The notes beneath the pieces are model-generated. The model made no database searches and was not told the DNA's origin. It saw only the letters and a program-made list of their open reading frames with translations. 64,000 nucleotides of DNA. It comes from Moniliella sp. 'wahieum'. Lineage: Eukaryota. A program made the translations under genes and the position numbers. The stretch lies in the NCBI GenBank assembly GCA_003971905.1, contig RSEE01000139.1:1-64000 (forward strand), written 5' to 3'. Shown piece by piece: positions 62,254 to 64,000 of this stretch (position 1 is the stretch's first letter; every line of letters starts with the position of its first letter).

Positions 62254-62850
62254 TTAGAGCAGATCGAAATCGTCCAGCTCATTTGTACTTGGCAATGGTG
62301 CGCTTGATGTGCGAGGTGTCGAGCCAGGTGACAAAGTCTTGGCGGTTGCGCGTGACGAGGTAGGCGGGATCGGTGATGGTATCCGGTCCCACCCGCACAT
62401 GCCCGCCTTGGACGTACTGCGTTGCTTGGCTCACCGTGTCGGCCATCTTGAGGCGAACCATGATGACGGGCAAGCGGCGGCGGGCAAAAGAAGATACGGT
62501 AACCTTTTCCATAATGTCACTTGGTTTCTCCGCCGTGGAGAGGAGACCCATATCGTACAACTTGGCCAGCAGTTGTTGTTCGTGCTTGGTGCGGAACGAG
62601 TCTTGGGCTGGCAGCGTGCCGAGACGGAGAACAAGGTGGCGGATCTGGCCTACCAAACGATTGTAGGTGGCATACTCTTCCCGCCCAGAAAGCTGGTAGC
62701 GCTTGATGATCTTGACCTGCCGCACGTTGTCCTCGCCTTTCCATTCCAGAAAGTCGTGCCTGGAGGGTGGTGCGTCAGGACACACGGACAGAAACGCAGA
62801 GGAGAATAACGTACTTCTTGAGCAGCTTCATGGTGTTTGAGTTTACGCAT
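62254..62850 (-). CDS. IMP3: U3 snoRNP protein IMP3 (S4 domain)
   Basis: MRKLKHHE..LLKK, intron, HDFLEWK...VTVSSFARRRLPVIMVRLKMA...GHVRVGPDTITDPAYLVTR...DFVTW...ELDDFDLL. Confidence 0.96.
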
Positions 62851-64000
62851 CGTGGGGCGGAGGCGCGAGACGGGTGGTGGTGGCGGGAGCGGGGGGGGGA
62901 GCGGGTCGCGGGTGAGCCAGGGGATGTGGCCCCCCAGCTGAGGCTCTCCCAGCAGGTGTATTTTTTTTTGCTGAAATCAATATCAGGGCCAGACCCGATC
63001 CGCCTTTCCGCCCGCTCGGTTCCGCTCCGCGCGACACTTTTTTCTCTTCTTCGTCTCTTCGCGCTGTCGGCCCAGCTTGGCGTTGCCCTACCACCACCAC
63101 CCACCTCCATCCTACCAGGTACGTTGCTCGCTTCCCTCCTGGGAGAGGATGACAATACCTCATTGCTCTAGGCCTGGCCTTTCTACCAAAGGGCTGGGAC
63201 TCGATGACCCGAGATTTGTCATAGTTACCCTGATCCTTCTCATCCTCGTCGATGGCCTCCAAACTGACATCTCGTTTGTGGCTTGTGCAGATTCAAGGAA
63301 CTTGAGCCGGAATTGGGTATACCTTGTCGCATGGGGCCAAGTCAAGGTGGCGGTATTTCCTCCGACGGGTTTCTATATGCTGAACGCATGGGCTTTTTCG
63401 TGACAGAGCTGTGGGCGCCATGCGACCCCTTCGGATAGGTACGTCCACTCGGCTACTGACACTTACGACAATTTCATGGGCATCCCCACGCTCTTAACGG
63501 GTGCATGCATAATGAGAGATCAGTTGTGTCCTCTTAGTCCTTGTGCGGTTCCAGCCGAAGTCGATGGGGCACGTCAGCGGCAGTTTTGTTTTATTAATCA
63601 GCCCGGAGTAACCCTGCCATAGAAAGGTTTTGCCGTGGGCCGAGAGGGCGGATAATCGACTATCAACGATCATCTTGCTCGCCCCACCCTCTCGACAACG
63701 AGACATCCCCATTGACTATGCCATGCATACTCAAGTGGACGATGTGGTTGAACGCTGAACAGGTTCGTTCTCTGTTTGTGCTCATTAATCATTGGCCATT
63801 GCGCTCCTTTTGTCTTGGCACTACTTTATCCCTCTTCCTGGCAGAATGACATGTGAGAAGAGAAAATGTATGTCAGTCTAGACGGGACAGAACGCCAAGT
63901 AGGCCGCCAACGTTGCTGAAGGCCCCAAGACCAAGGTCACAGCCAATGTGAGGGGAAGGCTGAGCATAAGGGGCGTATCGAGCTCCCATGCGATCCACAA

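Noticed and set aside
63000..64000. Possible gene divergent from IMP3 (CT-rich leader, GTACGT donor sites)
   Set aside because: No coherent reading frame could be assembled inside the window.

Overview
This is eukaryotic DNA from a fungus, most likely a basidiomycete. It is GC-rich, has short GT-AG introns with CTAAC/CTGAC branch points, and shows many single-base indels that break even essential genes; these are most likely long-read consensus errors. Recognisable genes are SGF29, a plasma-membrane H+-ATPase (PMA), SDH1, tRNA-Ala(AGC), an Ariadne-like RBR E3 ligase, FBP1, a Pho85-type cyclin, a small secreted protein, EMP24/p24, RPL28 (uL15), YRB1, a GH28 endopolygalacturonase, IMP3 and several hypothetical proteins. 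Three things stand out. (1) The intergenic DNA is full of 7-bp-periodic arrays built from a TNA triplet plus a 4-bp palindrome, often with different palindromic cores in one continuous register. (2) A recent non-autonomous, TRIM-like LTR retroelement sits at 48834-51381 in a tandem three-LTR arrangement with a CTGAG target-site duplication and an unusual primer-binding site, and an older solo LTR of the same family lies at about 27370-27644. (3) A small spliced CxxC-x9-CxxC gene is present that the ORF track misses. Gene boundaries are approximate because of introns and frameshifts.
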